This document shows, piece after piece, positions 20,255 to 29,132 of a DNA stretch of 64,000 nucleotides. Location of the stretch: IMG/VR virus record IMGVR_UViG_3300045988_122188, one strand, 5' to 3'. Both the position numbers and the translations under genes were made by a program. The stretch is from a virus. The notes beneath the pieces were generated by a model. It had not been told where the DNA came from. It did not search any database and was given only the letters and a program-made list of their open reading frames with translations. Each line of letters starts with the position of its first letter. Within the stretch, counting starts at the first letter, position 1.

Positions 20255-20796
20255 TGTTTCATTTCTCCTTTCACAACATAGGACTCAATCAATCCTTTTC
20301 TTAGTCGATCATTCATATCCTGAATCGCTTCCTCAATTGTCTTAAATTTACATGAACAAATATGCTCTTTGGTCAAATTAACAAATGAATATGTGCCATC
20401 TGACTTGTTCCTAAAAATAACAACCACTGATTCTTCTCCATCTGGTTTCTTAACAATAAATCTGAGCGCACCTTTTTGTGTTTCCTTTTTATTTTCAAGT
20501 AAAATAGTATAATTGATTTTTAACCAGCTACCATATGCCCATACTTGTTTAATTTTTTCTTCAGCATTTTGAAGTACACAATGTCTATAATCAATACTCT
20601 CGATATTATAGACAAGTGATTCAATGGCTTCTTTATCATTTTTTATTGTAATTTGACCATGCGTTCCATTTCTTCCATCTGCAATCGCATCAATAAATTC
20701 TTCTACAGTATATTCTTTATCAAGCACAACATCATATTTAGTATATTTATCGTTATCAGAACGTGGGCGTTTTATTAATTTAAACATCCCTATCAC
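20251..20796 (-). CDS. Hypothetical protein
   Basis: ORF of 181 aa, downstream of the HigA-like gene. Confidence 0.4.
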   Translation of the reverse strand: MIGMFKLIKRPRSDNDKYTKYDVVLDKEYTVEEFIDAIADGRNGTHGQITIKNDKEAIESLVYNIESIDYRHCVLQNAEEKIKQVWAYGSWLKINYTILLENKKETQKGALRFIVKKPDGEESVVVIFRNKSDGTYSFVNLTKEHICSCKFKTIEEAIQDMNDRLRKGLIESYVVKGEMKQ

Positions 20797-21049
20797 CTAC
20801 TTTCTTATCAAATGTTTCTTGCAAATTTAACCAGAACTGCCCATCATCAGCAAACCCATAATGGTCTGCCATTGTTTTCGCAAATTCTTTTGTAACACTT
20901 TGTGATCCGTCAATCAACCCTTGAACATAATCAACATCCATGCCAATTTTACTCGCAAGCTGATAAGGAGTCATCCTGCAAGATTCAACAAATTCTTCTA
21001 AGCATTCGCCAGGATGAAAAGCAATTTCGTCTCCAATCTTTACATACAT
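20780..21049 (-). CDS. HigA-like XRE-family HTH protein
   Basis: HPGECLEEF...MTPYQLASKIG...FWLNLQ pattern, typical of HigA antitoxins. Confidence 0.6.
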   Translation of the reverse strand: MYVKIGDEIAFHPGECLEEFVESCRMTPYQLASKIGMDVDYVQGLIDGSQSVTKEFAKTMADHYGFADDGQFWLNLQETFDKKVGDRDV

Positions 21050-21051
21050 TT

Positions 21052-21885
21052 TTACACCATTCCTCTCACAATTCGTTCATTTGTTGTCATCAAGAAGTTA
21101 TTGATACGATCCCAGTCTGGTTCGTCTGGCAAATCAGTATTCATATAATCATAATCAAATTGATAAAGTAATCCTTCAATAAAAACATCGTATGACTGAT
21201 TTGGGAAATATTCTGTATGCTCATTGTGTTTGCTAAATCTATATGTTTTATGCGTACTATTATACCCTTCTTTGATCTTTACAAGATCTTTTCCTATGTC
21301 GTCCATAGACCCAAACATTGTTCCGTTATGTAATAATTCAATGCCCTGCAACAATAATCGAACTGCATGCATCATTGATTTATTAGCGTATCGTTCTGCC
21401 TTTTGCTTTTCTTTCTCTGAATCTTTATTTTTATAATACTTAAAACTCGTTCGAGTCAGACAATCGCATATATATCCTTTATATGCATGATAAACTCTCT
21501 TAGATAAGAACATGTCTCTATTTTTGATCAACTCCATACCAATATCGGATACATACAAATAGCGGTCTGGCGCAAAGTATAGCAACTCTAAAAATGTAGG
21601 ATTGCCCTTGGCAAGCATATTAATCATCTTAATATGCGAATGTAACACGGTATCAATGTCTTTATGATTATCGGTCTTCTCAAGATTGTTCTGGTTATTA
21701 TTCAACAAAATCTCTCTTTTATCACTAAGAAAAACACCACGTAAATCAATGTCAGAATCCTCTGTGTTTGTTCCGTAGGCATAACTTCCACCTAACGTGA
21801 GAAAAGCGATTTTGTGCGGATAATCTCGCAAAAAGTCATACTCTGTAGACGAGTTTATGTAATTCTTTACTTCTTCAATTGTCAT
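21052..21885 (-). CDS. Pol-beta-superfamily nucleotidyltransferase
   Basis: GS motif LGGSYAYGTNTEDSDIDLRGV. Start moved to MTIEEV, which has an RBS (AAGAGGTGAG). Confidence 0.6.
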   Translation of the reverse strand: MTIEEVKNYINSSTEYDFLRDYPHKIAFLTLGGSYAYGTNTEDSDIDLRGVFLSDKREILLNNNQNNLEKTDNHKDIDTVLHSHIKMINMLAKGNPTFLELLYFAPDRYLYVSDIGMELIKNRDMFLSKRVYHAYKGYICDCLTRTSFKYYKNKDSEKEKQKAERYANKSMMHAVRLLLQGIELLHNGTMFGSMDDIGKDLVKIKEGYNSTHKTYRFSKHNEHTEYFPNQSYDVFIEGLLYQFDYDYMNTDLPDEPDWDRINNFLMTTNERIVRGMV

Positions 21886-21898
21886 GGTCTCACCTCTT

Positions 21899-22432
21899 TT
21901 ATCCACATAATGCTTTCTTAAACTGTACAATATTTTGACTAACCCACTGATGAGTGATTCCAAGCTGACTTGCAATTTGTCTTTGTGTTAAACCTTTCTG
22001 CTTTAACGTGATAATCTTTTTATTTCTCGGTGCCAATTTATCAAACTCATTTTGAAAATGTACCTTTGTAAGCACCTCATCTTCTACGTTATCCCCACTC
22101 ATCAGTGTTGTTCCGATTGTAATATCATCTTCTGGTTCATATCCTGCCAATGGCGTATCTAACGATTCAGCATTCCTATTCATTTTTTCTGTTGGTCTGT
22201 GCCATTTTGTATAATATTGATTCACTTCTGAACGTAATACCCAGAAGAGATATGTACCAAAAGTTCCTTTAGACTCGTCCCATTTTAATGCTGCTTTACA
22301 AATTGCCATACGACCAAGATCCATATATGTATCAAAATCTGTAAACTTTGTAAAATATTTTTCATGTAAATGCCAAATTAAAGAATAATTATCTTCAATC
22401 AGCTTTCGCTGTTCATCATTTAATTTCTTCAC
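21899..22432 (-). CDS. Sigma-70-family sigma factor, second paralog
   Basis: N-terminus KLNDEQRKLIEDN is paralogous to 15317..15856. C-terminal HTH LKQKGLTQRQIASQLGITHQWVSQ. Confidence 0.7.
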   Translation of the reverse strand: MKKLNDEQRKLIEDNYSLIWHLHEKYFTKFTDFDTYMDLGRMAICKAALKWDESKGTFGTYLFWVLRSEVNQYYTKWHRPTEKMNRNAESLDTPLAGYEPEDDITIGTTLMSGDNVEDEVLTKVHFQNEFDKLAPRNKKIITLKQKGLTQRQIASQLGITHQWVSQNIVQFKKALCG

Positions 22433-23201
22433 ATTTTTTATCCTCCTGTTCTTTAATGAATTTTTGTACTTCCTCTACATAGCTTAATTCAAAATATCTT
22501 TCAATATACCCGCCCATTGGAACTCCAGTATATTTAAAATTAGGAATAGTTTCTTTTAGTTGACCACAAACCTCGGATCTAAATGTGTTTGTATATTTTT
22601 TCAAATCATTCATGGAATATGTTTGTTTAAAATATGGCATATCAAGAGTGTTAAATAGTCTCCATAAAAAACTACTATTTCTATACTTTGTTAACTTACT
22701 GTCACGCAATACATCCATAAAATCTCTCATAAATCGGATTATCTTATCAACATCTTTTGATGCTAATTCAAATACTAAATTTTTTGATTCATCATAATAT
22801 GTATAATCATCATATTTCGTATTTGAATAAATCTTGTATACCTCATTTTCGCCTGATAGATTTGCTGATATATTATTAACACTCAAAACTTTGCCATTTT
22901 TCATAACTATTTCATTGCTACACAATATCGCAGGAGATGTTATAGAGAATTTATCCAATAAAACATATTGTGGGTTATGATTGAAATAGGGATTATGATT
23001 GTCAAAATTACCAAACATATCTGACAGCTCAATCCAATCTTTATTTTTCAATGAATCAATTTCCGTCCATTCATCTCCAAGACAAATACCACGAACTGTT
23101 TTTAAAACTCTTTTACCATAAATTTCAACATCGGCTTCCCAATCTGGATCTCTGTGTTTACTAAAAGCAAGTTCAATTTCTCTTGTATTTTTCCTTGACA
23201 T
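22416..23201 (-). CDS. Hypothetical protein
   Basis: ORF of 261 aa. Confidence 0.45.
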   Translation of the reverse strand: MSRKNTREIELAFSKHRDPDWEADVEIYGKRVLKTVRGICLGDEWTEIDSLKNKDWIELSDMFGNFDNHNPYFNHNPQYVLLDKFSITSPAILCSNEIVMKNGKVLSVNNISANLSGENEVYKIYSNTKYDDYTYYDESKNLVFELASKDVDKIIRFMRDFMDVLRDSKLTKYRNSSFLWRLFNTLDMPYFKQTYSMNDLKKYTNTFRSEVCGQLKETIPNFKYTGVPMGGYIERYFELSYVEEVQKFIKEQEDKKCEEIK

Positions 23202-23204
23202 ACA

Positions 23205-24158
23205 TCACACTCCTAACACATATTTATCACTTCTGAACCCAGCTGCATTTGGATGACCGCCACCACCATATTTCACAGCAAGCTCATACACATTTACTTT
23301 ATCCTGTTCTGCGGATCGTAGCTGGTATTCCCACATACTTCCATTGAATGAAAAACCGATGAACATATCGTATTTAGAAGCGTCAATAGATTCGAAGAAA
23401 TCAGAATTGATTAATGCTCGATTGATTGCATAGACTTTATGCCCTTCAAATATGGTTTCAAAACCATATGCTCTAAGATATTGTTCTGCATTTGCTGCTA
23501 AATACTCAATAATTGATAAGCCATCTGCTATCATATCACCAATAATTTTTGCTGCTTCATAAATTCCTTGATCTTTATTTAACGTGTTTAGCAAAGGACT
23601 TAACGCATCAAAATCATACGATTCAAATGCATAGTGAAATGCTTTTACGAATTGTTTTGACGTTTCACCAAAATAAAATGTATCCCACATGGCTGTATAT
23701 TCTACCAGTTTTGGATAATCTGCTTTATATTTATATATATTGAGTAATCTTTTTACATTTTTCTCATCCGTCCTCTCAATTTGCTCCCAATTTTCATCAC
23801 ACATATATTTAAAATATAACCATGTCAAATTCGCTCCTGAAATACCCGCTCCAGTAATTCTGATTCCTTTTACATCACACTTGAAATCTTTATACGCTTC
23901 AATCGTAGACTGATGATGGTCGATCCAAAATACATTCTTTGTAATACTGAGCAACTGCCACATCTCTTCTGGCTCAATACTGTAGTCTACAATAAACACA
24001 AATTCATCCTGCTCAATGTCATGAAACGGGAATTTCATACCGTAATTAATTTTTCGAAAGTCCTCTGGTTCAAATGCCAAGCCTCGCTGTTCGCAAGCTT
24101 TTCTGACGTAGAATCCAGACACGATTCCGTCTTGATCCACATGATAAAAACATTTCAT
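23205..24158 (-). CDS. DHH/DHHA1 phosphoesterase (NrnA / pAp-phosphatase / c-di-AMP PDE-like)
   Basis: DHH motifs HVDQDG, FIVDYS and WIDHHQS, plus the DHHA1 GGGH motif YGGGGHPNAAGF. 317 aa. Confidence 0.8.
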   Translation of the reverse strand: MKCFYHVDQDGIVSGFYVRKACEQRGLAFEPEDFRKINYGMKFPFHDIEQDEFVFIVDYSIEPEEMWQLLSITKNVFWIDHHQSTIEAYKDFKCDVKGIRITGAGISGANLTWLYFKYMCDENWEQIERTDEKNVKRLLNIYKYKADYPKLVEYTAMWDTFYFGETSKQFVKAFHYAFESYDFDALSPLLNTLNKDQGIYEAAKIIGDMIADGLSIIEYLAANAEQYLRAYGFETIFEGHKVYAINRALINSDFFESIDASKYDMFIGFSFNGSMWEYQLRSAEQDKVNVYELAVKYGGGGHPNAAGFRSDKYVLGV

Positions 24159-24208
24159 TCTTTAGTCCTCCTTCTCATTTCTCTGTTTATATACAAACAT
24201 CTACTAAT

Positions 24209-24838
24209 CTATCTTTTTGAAAAGATATAATCCAATTGATTTTTAATATCATTCAAAGACAAAATTTCTTTCTTATATCGTTTAAATTGAATGTCATGCA
24301 GTATCTTTTCATATTCTCTCTCTTTCTTATAGTGATCCAAGATCAACTCTTTAAGACGAATAGAATATTTCATATGATATCTGTTTTGAAAAATCATTCC
24401 CCTCAAAATATTTAGATCAATATGTGGATTTTCTTCTAATACAATATCTAATGTATTGCTTTCCTTTGCCTTTATATAAAGCTCATCATACCATACGTTT
24501 CTTTTTATGTCGTACACTAAAGAATCTAAGTTGAAAAATACAGTAAAAGGTAAATTCTTTAGATAATCTTCTTCAGAACAGTTAATGATATTCTCTCTAT
24601 ATGCCCATGTTTGCTCTATTCTCCATACATCAACAACAATGTCATGGTAGGTAATTTTATATCCATCAAAAAAGTTCTTTCTGGCATGATATTTTTTACA
24701 AACTGCATCAAACTTATCTGTTTCTTTTGTATCAATCACAACGTCAATATCTTTTGCATCTTTAATGTTGCCTGTTTCTAAAAATTCTCTTGGGGCTCCG
24801 CCTATCAAGTAAAGATCCCCTGTATTATACAGTTCCAT
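24209..24838 (-). CDS. Minimal nucleotidyltransferase with a CCA-adding / poly(A)-polymerase head-domain motif
   Basis: YLIGGAPREFL...KDIDVVIDT matches the GGxVRD...DxD signature of tRNA-NT/PAP head domains. Only 209 aa, so it lacks the body and tail domains. Confidence 0.55.
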   Translation of the reverse strand: MELYNTGDLYLIGGAPREFLETGNIKDAKDIDVVIDTKETDKFDAVCKKYHARKNFFDGYKITYHDIVVDVWRIEQTWAYRENIINCSEEDYLKNLPFTVFFNLDSLVYDIKRNVWYDELYIKAKESNTLDIVLEENPHIDLNILRGMIFQNRYHMKYSIRLKELILDHYKKEREYEKILHDIQFKRYKKEILSLNDIKNQLDYIFSKR

Positions 24839-24912
24839 AAATAATTGTTGTGCTGATTTATAATGATTTAGACAGTTTTCAATACTGTTGTTTTCATAGC
24901 CCTTCTTAGTTT

Positions 24913-25224
24913 TTATTCTTTTTCCTCCTTTACAAGCTTAACTTTATAACCAAGTTCCTTTTCAATTTCTTCAATCGTCATTTCTTTTGGCGGAGAATAA
25001 CTCATATTCAAACTATCAATATCAGTTTCCATATTCCAAACACTTCTGTAAATCAATCTTCCTACCAAAATACAAATTGCTTTCTTAACTTCTTGTGCTG
25101 TCGGTGGATAATGATCTAATGATGCAATAATATGTTTGTAGTTTTCTTCATTCAATAAAACACGCTTAGAGTCAAGCGATGAATCCTCTTCTTCTCGTGA
25201 TTCAATATATAAAAAGTGGTTCAT
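24913..25224 (-). CDS. Hypothetical protein
   Basis: ORF of 103 aa. Confidence 0.4.
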   Translation of the reverse strand: MNHFLYIESREEEDSSLDSKRVLLNEENYKHIIASLDHYPPTAQEVKKAICILVGRLIYRSVWNMETDIDSLNMSYSPPKEMTIEEIEKELGYKVKLVKEEKE

Positions 25225-25598
25225 GTTATCTCTCCTTTCTCAATTTCTTCTTTAATAATTCTATATGCAAGAGCCTCATCAGACTCTTTGTCATTAATTC
25301 CATTTCTTTCTAATAGCCTGTCCAATTCGTCTGGGCTCAACTGATCAAAGAATCGTTTTATTTCTTGTTTACGTTCTTGTCTTGTTTTCATTTTTTTGTT
25401 TAAATTCCTTTAGTTCTGTTATTTTTTATAGTTGCCAAACCCCCAAATAACATAAATCCGACAAAATAACATAGATTTTAGTGAGTGCTATAACAAACCT
25501 CACTTTTGGCGTACTCAAAAACTATTTGAGCAGAATATTTTTATATTCCAAAAACACACCAAATATTTTAAAATTTTTATTTTGTTTCTTAGCCATAT

Positions 25599-25784
25599 CT
25601 ACTTCACTACCTTACCATCTGGCATTATAAATTCCCAATACCCATCACTATTTTCAACTTCTTTTGGCTCTTCTTTATCTATTTTCTCCATCAACTTCTG
25701 CGCTCGTTCAATATCTTCTTTTGTCCAATTTTCTACTTCGTCAATCAAACCTTGCAAAAACTTCAATGATTCTTGTTTACTCAT
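25599..25784 (-). CDS. Hypothetical small protein
   Basis: ORF of 61 aa with charged, protein-like composition. Confidence 0.35.
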   Translation of the reverse strand: MSKQESLKFLQGLIDEVENWTKEDIERAQKLMEKIDKEEPKEVENSDGYWEFIMPDGKVVK

Positions 25785-25789
25785 GAGTC

Positions 25790-26071
25790 TTATTCCTCAC
25801 ATTTTCTACCATATAGTAAGAATCCAAGATCTCGTATTCTACCTATCTTACGATCATCCTTGTTTTCAAAAAATTCTAAAGAGTAAATATCACGATTAGA
25901 GATGTTTACTGGTTTGTCAAATTTAACGGTCATATATCTATACCCATATCTACGACCAATCTCATCTGTTCCGATGCGAGTAATTGTACCTTTGTCGTTA
26001 TTTCTAACCAAACCTCCTTTAGCCGCTGGCTTCATTCTATAAATATAAACTCTATCTCCGACCTTTAGCAT
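25790..26071 (-). CDS. Hypothetical protein
   Basis: ORF of 93 aa. Confidence 0.4.
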   Translation of the reverse strand: MLKVGDRVYIYRMKPAAKGGLVRNNDKGTITRIGTDEIGRRYGYRYMTVKFDKPVNISNRDIYSLEFFENKDDRKIGRIRDLGFLLYGRKCEE

Positions 26072-26380
26072 TTACTTACCTTCCATTTCTTCATAAAGCT
26101 CTCTAAATTTTCTAAAATCATCCACACTACCACCATTGTCTGGATGACTTTTCTTCATTGCATACTTCACTGCATCCTTAACATCTGAACGAGTTTCTTC
26201 CTTATTATATGTACCATTTTCTTTGTCGTTCGCATCAGCCATGAATGACATTTTATCTAAGATCAGATTTACATTTGTCTGTCTCATCCGATCTAACTTT
26301 CTTTCATATCTTAGAAATACAATCACTCCAACGATACAAAACCCAATGGCAAACTCAATATTAGCTCCCATATTAATCAC
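26072..26380 (-). CDS. Membrane-anchored J-domain (DnaJ-like) protein
   Basis: N-terminal TM helix IEFAIGFCIVGVIVFL. C-terminal J-domain KYAMKKSHPDNGGSVDDFRKFRELYEEM carrying the HPD motif. Confidence 0.6.
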   Translation of the reverse strand: MINMGANIEFAIGFCIVGVIVFLRYERKLDRMRQTNVNLILDKMSFMADANDKENGTYNKEETRSDVKDAVKYAMKKSHPDNGGSVDDFRKFRELYEEMEGK

Positions 26381-26404
26381 CTCCCTTTACATAAAACTCA
26401 GATT

Positions 26405-26572
26405 TTACTCTATTACATATCTTTTCTCACAACCACATTTCTTGCAGCGATAAACTTTTTCACACTTATAAGGCTTAGTTGATTTATTGCTCCAATATAT
26501 ATCTGAATCAAATATCTGTTCCCACTCATGTTTGCAGAAACAAGATCTTATATACCAAATTAATTTTCTCAT
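26405..26572 (-). CDS. Small Cys-rich protein (55 aa). It is below the 60-aa cutoff, so it is absent from the ORF track
   Basis: MRKLIWYIRSCFCKHEWEQ...YKCEKVYRCKKCGCEKRYVIE. Its start overlaps the stop of the upstream gene (ATGA coupling). Confidence 0.4.
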   Translation of the reverse strand: MRKLIWYIRSCFCKHEWEQIFDSDIYWSNKSTKPYKCEKVYRCKKCGCEKRYVIE

Positions 26573-26751
26573 TCATTATCATCCTCTTCTGGTCTTAACA
26601 TAATACCAAGACCCGTACACATTCCAGTAAGTTTCTTGTCCATTGCCTTAATTCTTTTGTAATTGTAATAGGTCATATATGGTACTCCAACACCAATTGC
26701 TATGATCACCATAAACGCCAATATCCAAATTATGTAAAATAAAACGTCCAT
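26569..26751 (-). CDS. Small membrane protein
   Basis: TM helix IIWILAFMVIIAIGVGVPY. Confidence 0.4.
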   Translation of the reverse strand: MDVLFYIIWILAFMVIIAIGVGVPYMTYYNYKRIKAMDKKLTGMCTGLGIMLRPEEDDNE

Positions 26752-26752
26752 T

Positions 26753-27019
26753 TTATCTTTCTCCTTTTCTTCGATCTCTTTCTATTTTTCTGAGATACCT
26801 TCTTTGTTTTTCGACCACATTAAATGCAAAATCATCTATGTGTCCATACGATGCAAAGTTTCGTGCCATTGTCAAATCTCCATAAATCTTATGATATGTT
26901 TCGTTTTTGACCATTTCTTTTCTGCAATAATACAATGCGTTACATAATGTTGTTAGCTCTGTTGCATCCAATCTAATGATCGCCTCACTATCTTCTTTGG
27001 AAAGATTTAAAATCTGCAT
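26753..27019 (-). CDS. Hypothetical protein
   Basis: Start moved to MQILNL at 27019 (RBS AAAGGAG) to avoid overlap with the upstream gene. Confidence 0.4.
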   Translation of the reverse strand: MQILNLSKEDSEAIIRLDATELTTLCNALYYCRKEMVKNETYHKIYGDLTMARNFASYGHIDDFAFNVVEKQRRYLRKIERDRRKGER

Positions 27020-27044
27020 ATCAACAACTCCTTTCTGTCTACTA

Positions 27045-27518
27045 CTATCTCCTAAAATCAAACCACCATACTGTGTAAAAATTCTTCTGAAAATATGTAT
27101 CGTCTCCGTCATCAAGTTCTGTGAAATATTTTCTGCCTCGTTCCTTAACATCGTCTTCATTAAAATAACTATATGCCCATGCAGGAATTGTGTAAGATTC
27201 CTTATCTTCTAAGCAAAGATTCAACAAATCTTTGACCATCATCTGCAATTCTTCTTCATCATATCCCTGTGTCATTACGTCAAAATATGGGATATATGCC
27301 ATATATGGAACCGAGTCATTCTCATCTTTTAGAACTACGACAGGAAATGTTAGATTGTAATTCATATCAGCCTTGCTCCCTTGAATTGTAAATATTATTT
27401 TTTCTTCATCGGTTGTATCGTCAGTAAGTGCAAATAGCGAAACATCTCTAAGTGCGTATCTGTATCTAATATCGTTTACCCTCTTCCTTCTTATGTTTTT
27501 TCTTTTTGTATGGTACAC
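27045..27518 (-). CDS. Hypothetical protein
   Basis: ORF of 157 aa. Confidence 0.4.
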   Translation of the reverse strand: MYHTKRKNIRRKRVNDIRYRYALRDVSLFALTDDTTDEEKIIFTIQGSKADMNYNLTFPVVVLKDENDSVPYMAYIPYFDVMTQGYDEEELQMMVKDLLNLCLEDKESYTIPAWAYSYFNEDDVKERGRKYFTELDDGDDTYFQKNFYTVWWFDFRR

Positions 27519-27690
27519 AATAATCAGAAGATACCCATACCCAACTATTTTTTATATAGATTAAGAAATCTGCACCCTTTTCATAGTAATAACCTTGTGT
27601 GTATGGGCTAGGGCTTACTCCATACACTTTGTATGGCTTACCTTTATATAAAACTTTCATACTATTCATCCAACTCACAATCAACATCAA
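27466..27690 (-). CDS. Hypothetical small protein
   Basis: ORF of 74 aa. Confidence 0.3.
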   Translation of the reverse strand: MMLIVSWMNSMKVLYKGKPYKVYGVSPSPYTQGYYYEKGADFLIYIKNSWVWVSSDYCVPYKKKKHKKEEGKRY

Positions 27691-28195
27691 ATAGATATTT
27701 TATGATGCGTTTTGCTCCAACCTTGTTGGCGGCATCCTCAGCGATTTCTTTAGAAGAAAAATATACCTCATTTAGGCGTCTAAGTTGTACGGCAGGGATT
27801 TTTGCCAAATCATCCTCAGTCACATCATATCCAATATAATAATGAAAATTCGCTCCATCCCATTCTTCTTGATCAGGATCATTATGTTCATCAGCATATA
27901 TTTGCAATTCAACCCTAACCTTCTGCTTTTCAATAGCAAACTCTGTATCCTTTTCAGTCTTAAATACATTACCTAAAGCTAATCTTCTAAAATCTGATGC
28001 TCTACCTTGCCATTTTGCCATACAGATATGCCCATCATCAGTGATGAAATAATACGTATCCCCATTCTTTAAACCACATGAATTAGCTTTTTCTTCTTTT
28101 TCTGATCTTTCACAAAATTGCTCAAATAATGATTTGAATAAATTCTGTTGTGCTTCAGATAATTTTGAAATATCAATTGTCTTTTCTGTACCCAT
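27662..28195 (-). CDS. Hypothetical protein, tandem paralog A
   Basis: Shares TIDIS..LSEAQQ..LF..CER and LGNVFKT motifs with 28212..28724. Confidence 0.5.
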   Translation of the reverse strand: MGTEKTIDISKLSEAQQNLFKSLFEQFCERSEKEEKANSCGLKNGDTYYFITDDGHICMAKWQGRASDFRRLALGNVFKTEKDTEFAIEKQKVRVELQIYADEHNDPDQEEWDGANFHYYIGYDVTEDDLAKIPAVQLRRLNEVYFSSKEIAEDAANKVGAKRIIKYLFDVDCELDE

Positions 28196-28211
28196 TTTCT
28201 TTCACCTCACT

Positions 28212-28724
28212 TTATGCTCCAAAGATGTATTTAATGATTCTGTCTCTTCCGATTGCTTCAATTGCATCAACTAAAACATCTTTTGATGTAAACATAACTG
28301 TACCCTGTATTTTTGTTGTAGCCCATGTATCGCAAAGAAGTCTTTTTCCGTCTTCTTCACATCGAATACAATAACAACGATTGGCAAATTCTGTGCCATT
28401 GTGTTCCTTTGCATACCGCTCAAGTTCAACTTCTACTTTTCTTTTCTTTCTTGCAAATACTGCTTCTTCTTGTGTTTTAAATACGTTGCCTAATACCCAT
28501 CTACCGTTATCGACAATGCTATTAAACCATATTGCACTATAAATAGATCCGCTACCATCAATGTAATGATATCTTTCACCGTATTTTGGTTTCCAAACTT
28601 TAGACCCTGAATTAGTTTTTTCTTTTGGTTTCGCTCTTTCACAACATTTATCAAATAATGCTTTTATTAGATCCTGTTCTGCCTCTGGCAGCACTGAAAT
28701 ATCAATTGTTTTTGTTGTACTCAT
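28212..28724 (-). CDS. Hypothetical protein, tandem paralog B
   Basis: Paralogous to 27662..28195. Confidence 0.5.
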   Translation of the reverse strand: MSTTKTIDISVLPEAEQDLIKALFDKCCERAKPKEKTNSGSKVWKPKYGERYHYIDGSGSIYSAIWFNSIVDNGRWVLGNVFKTQEEAVFARKKRKVEVELERYAKEHNGTEFANRCYCIRCEEDGKRLLCDTWATTKIQGTVMFTSKDVLVDAIEAIGRDRIIKYIFGA

Positions 28725-29117
28725 TTATTTCCCCTCACTTTTAAACTCTTCAATCTCTCTCCACGCCAAAACACTTTCGTCGTTATAGTATAAAATGTTA
28801 CTGTTACGCCTTCTCCATCCATGAGAATCGTGCCATGACCTATGAGTGCATTCACCTTTTATAAAAACCCAAACGTACTTAATATCTTCTGGCAGATCAT
28901 CAGGATTCTTTCTTAAGTCATGCCATCTATACTTTTCTTTATATTCTTTTAACTCTTTCAATTCTCCCAGCCACTTCGCAAGTTGCTCATGATTTAAGGC
29001 ACAGTCAATCAATCCATCAAGTTCTTCATCGTCTGGATTCGCATGACACAACATGGCTTCTGTGTATTTCTTTGTTGCCATATCATTTGCGCATTTGATA
29101 GTTTCTTCTAAATTCAT
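28725..29117 (-). CDS. Hypothetical protein
   Basis: ORF of 130 aa. Confidence 0.45.
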   Translation of the reverse strand: MNLEETIKCANDMATKKYTEAMLCHANPDDEELDGLIDCALNHEQLAKWLGELKELKEYKEKYRWHDLRKNPDDLPEDIKYVWVFIKGECTHRSWHDSHGWRRRNSNILYYNDESVLAWREIEEFKSEGK

Positions 29118-29132
29118 TTGTTTCTCTCCTCT

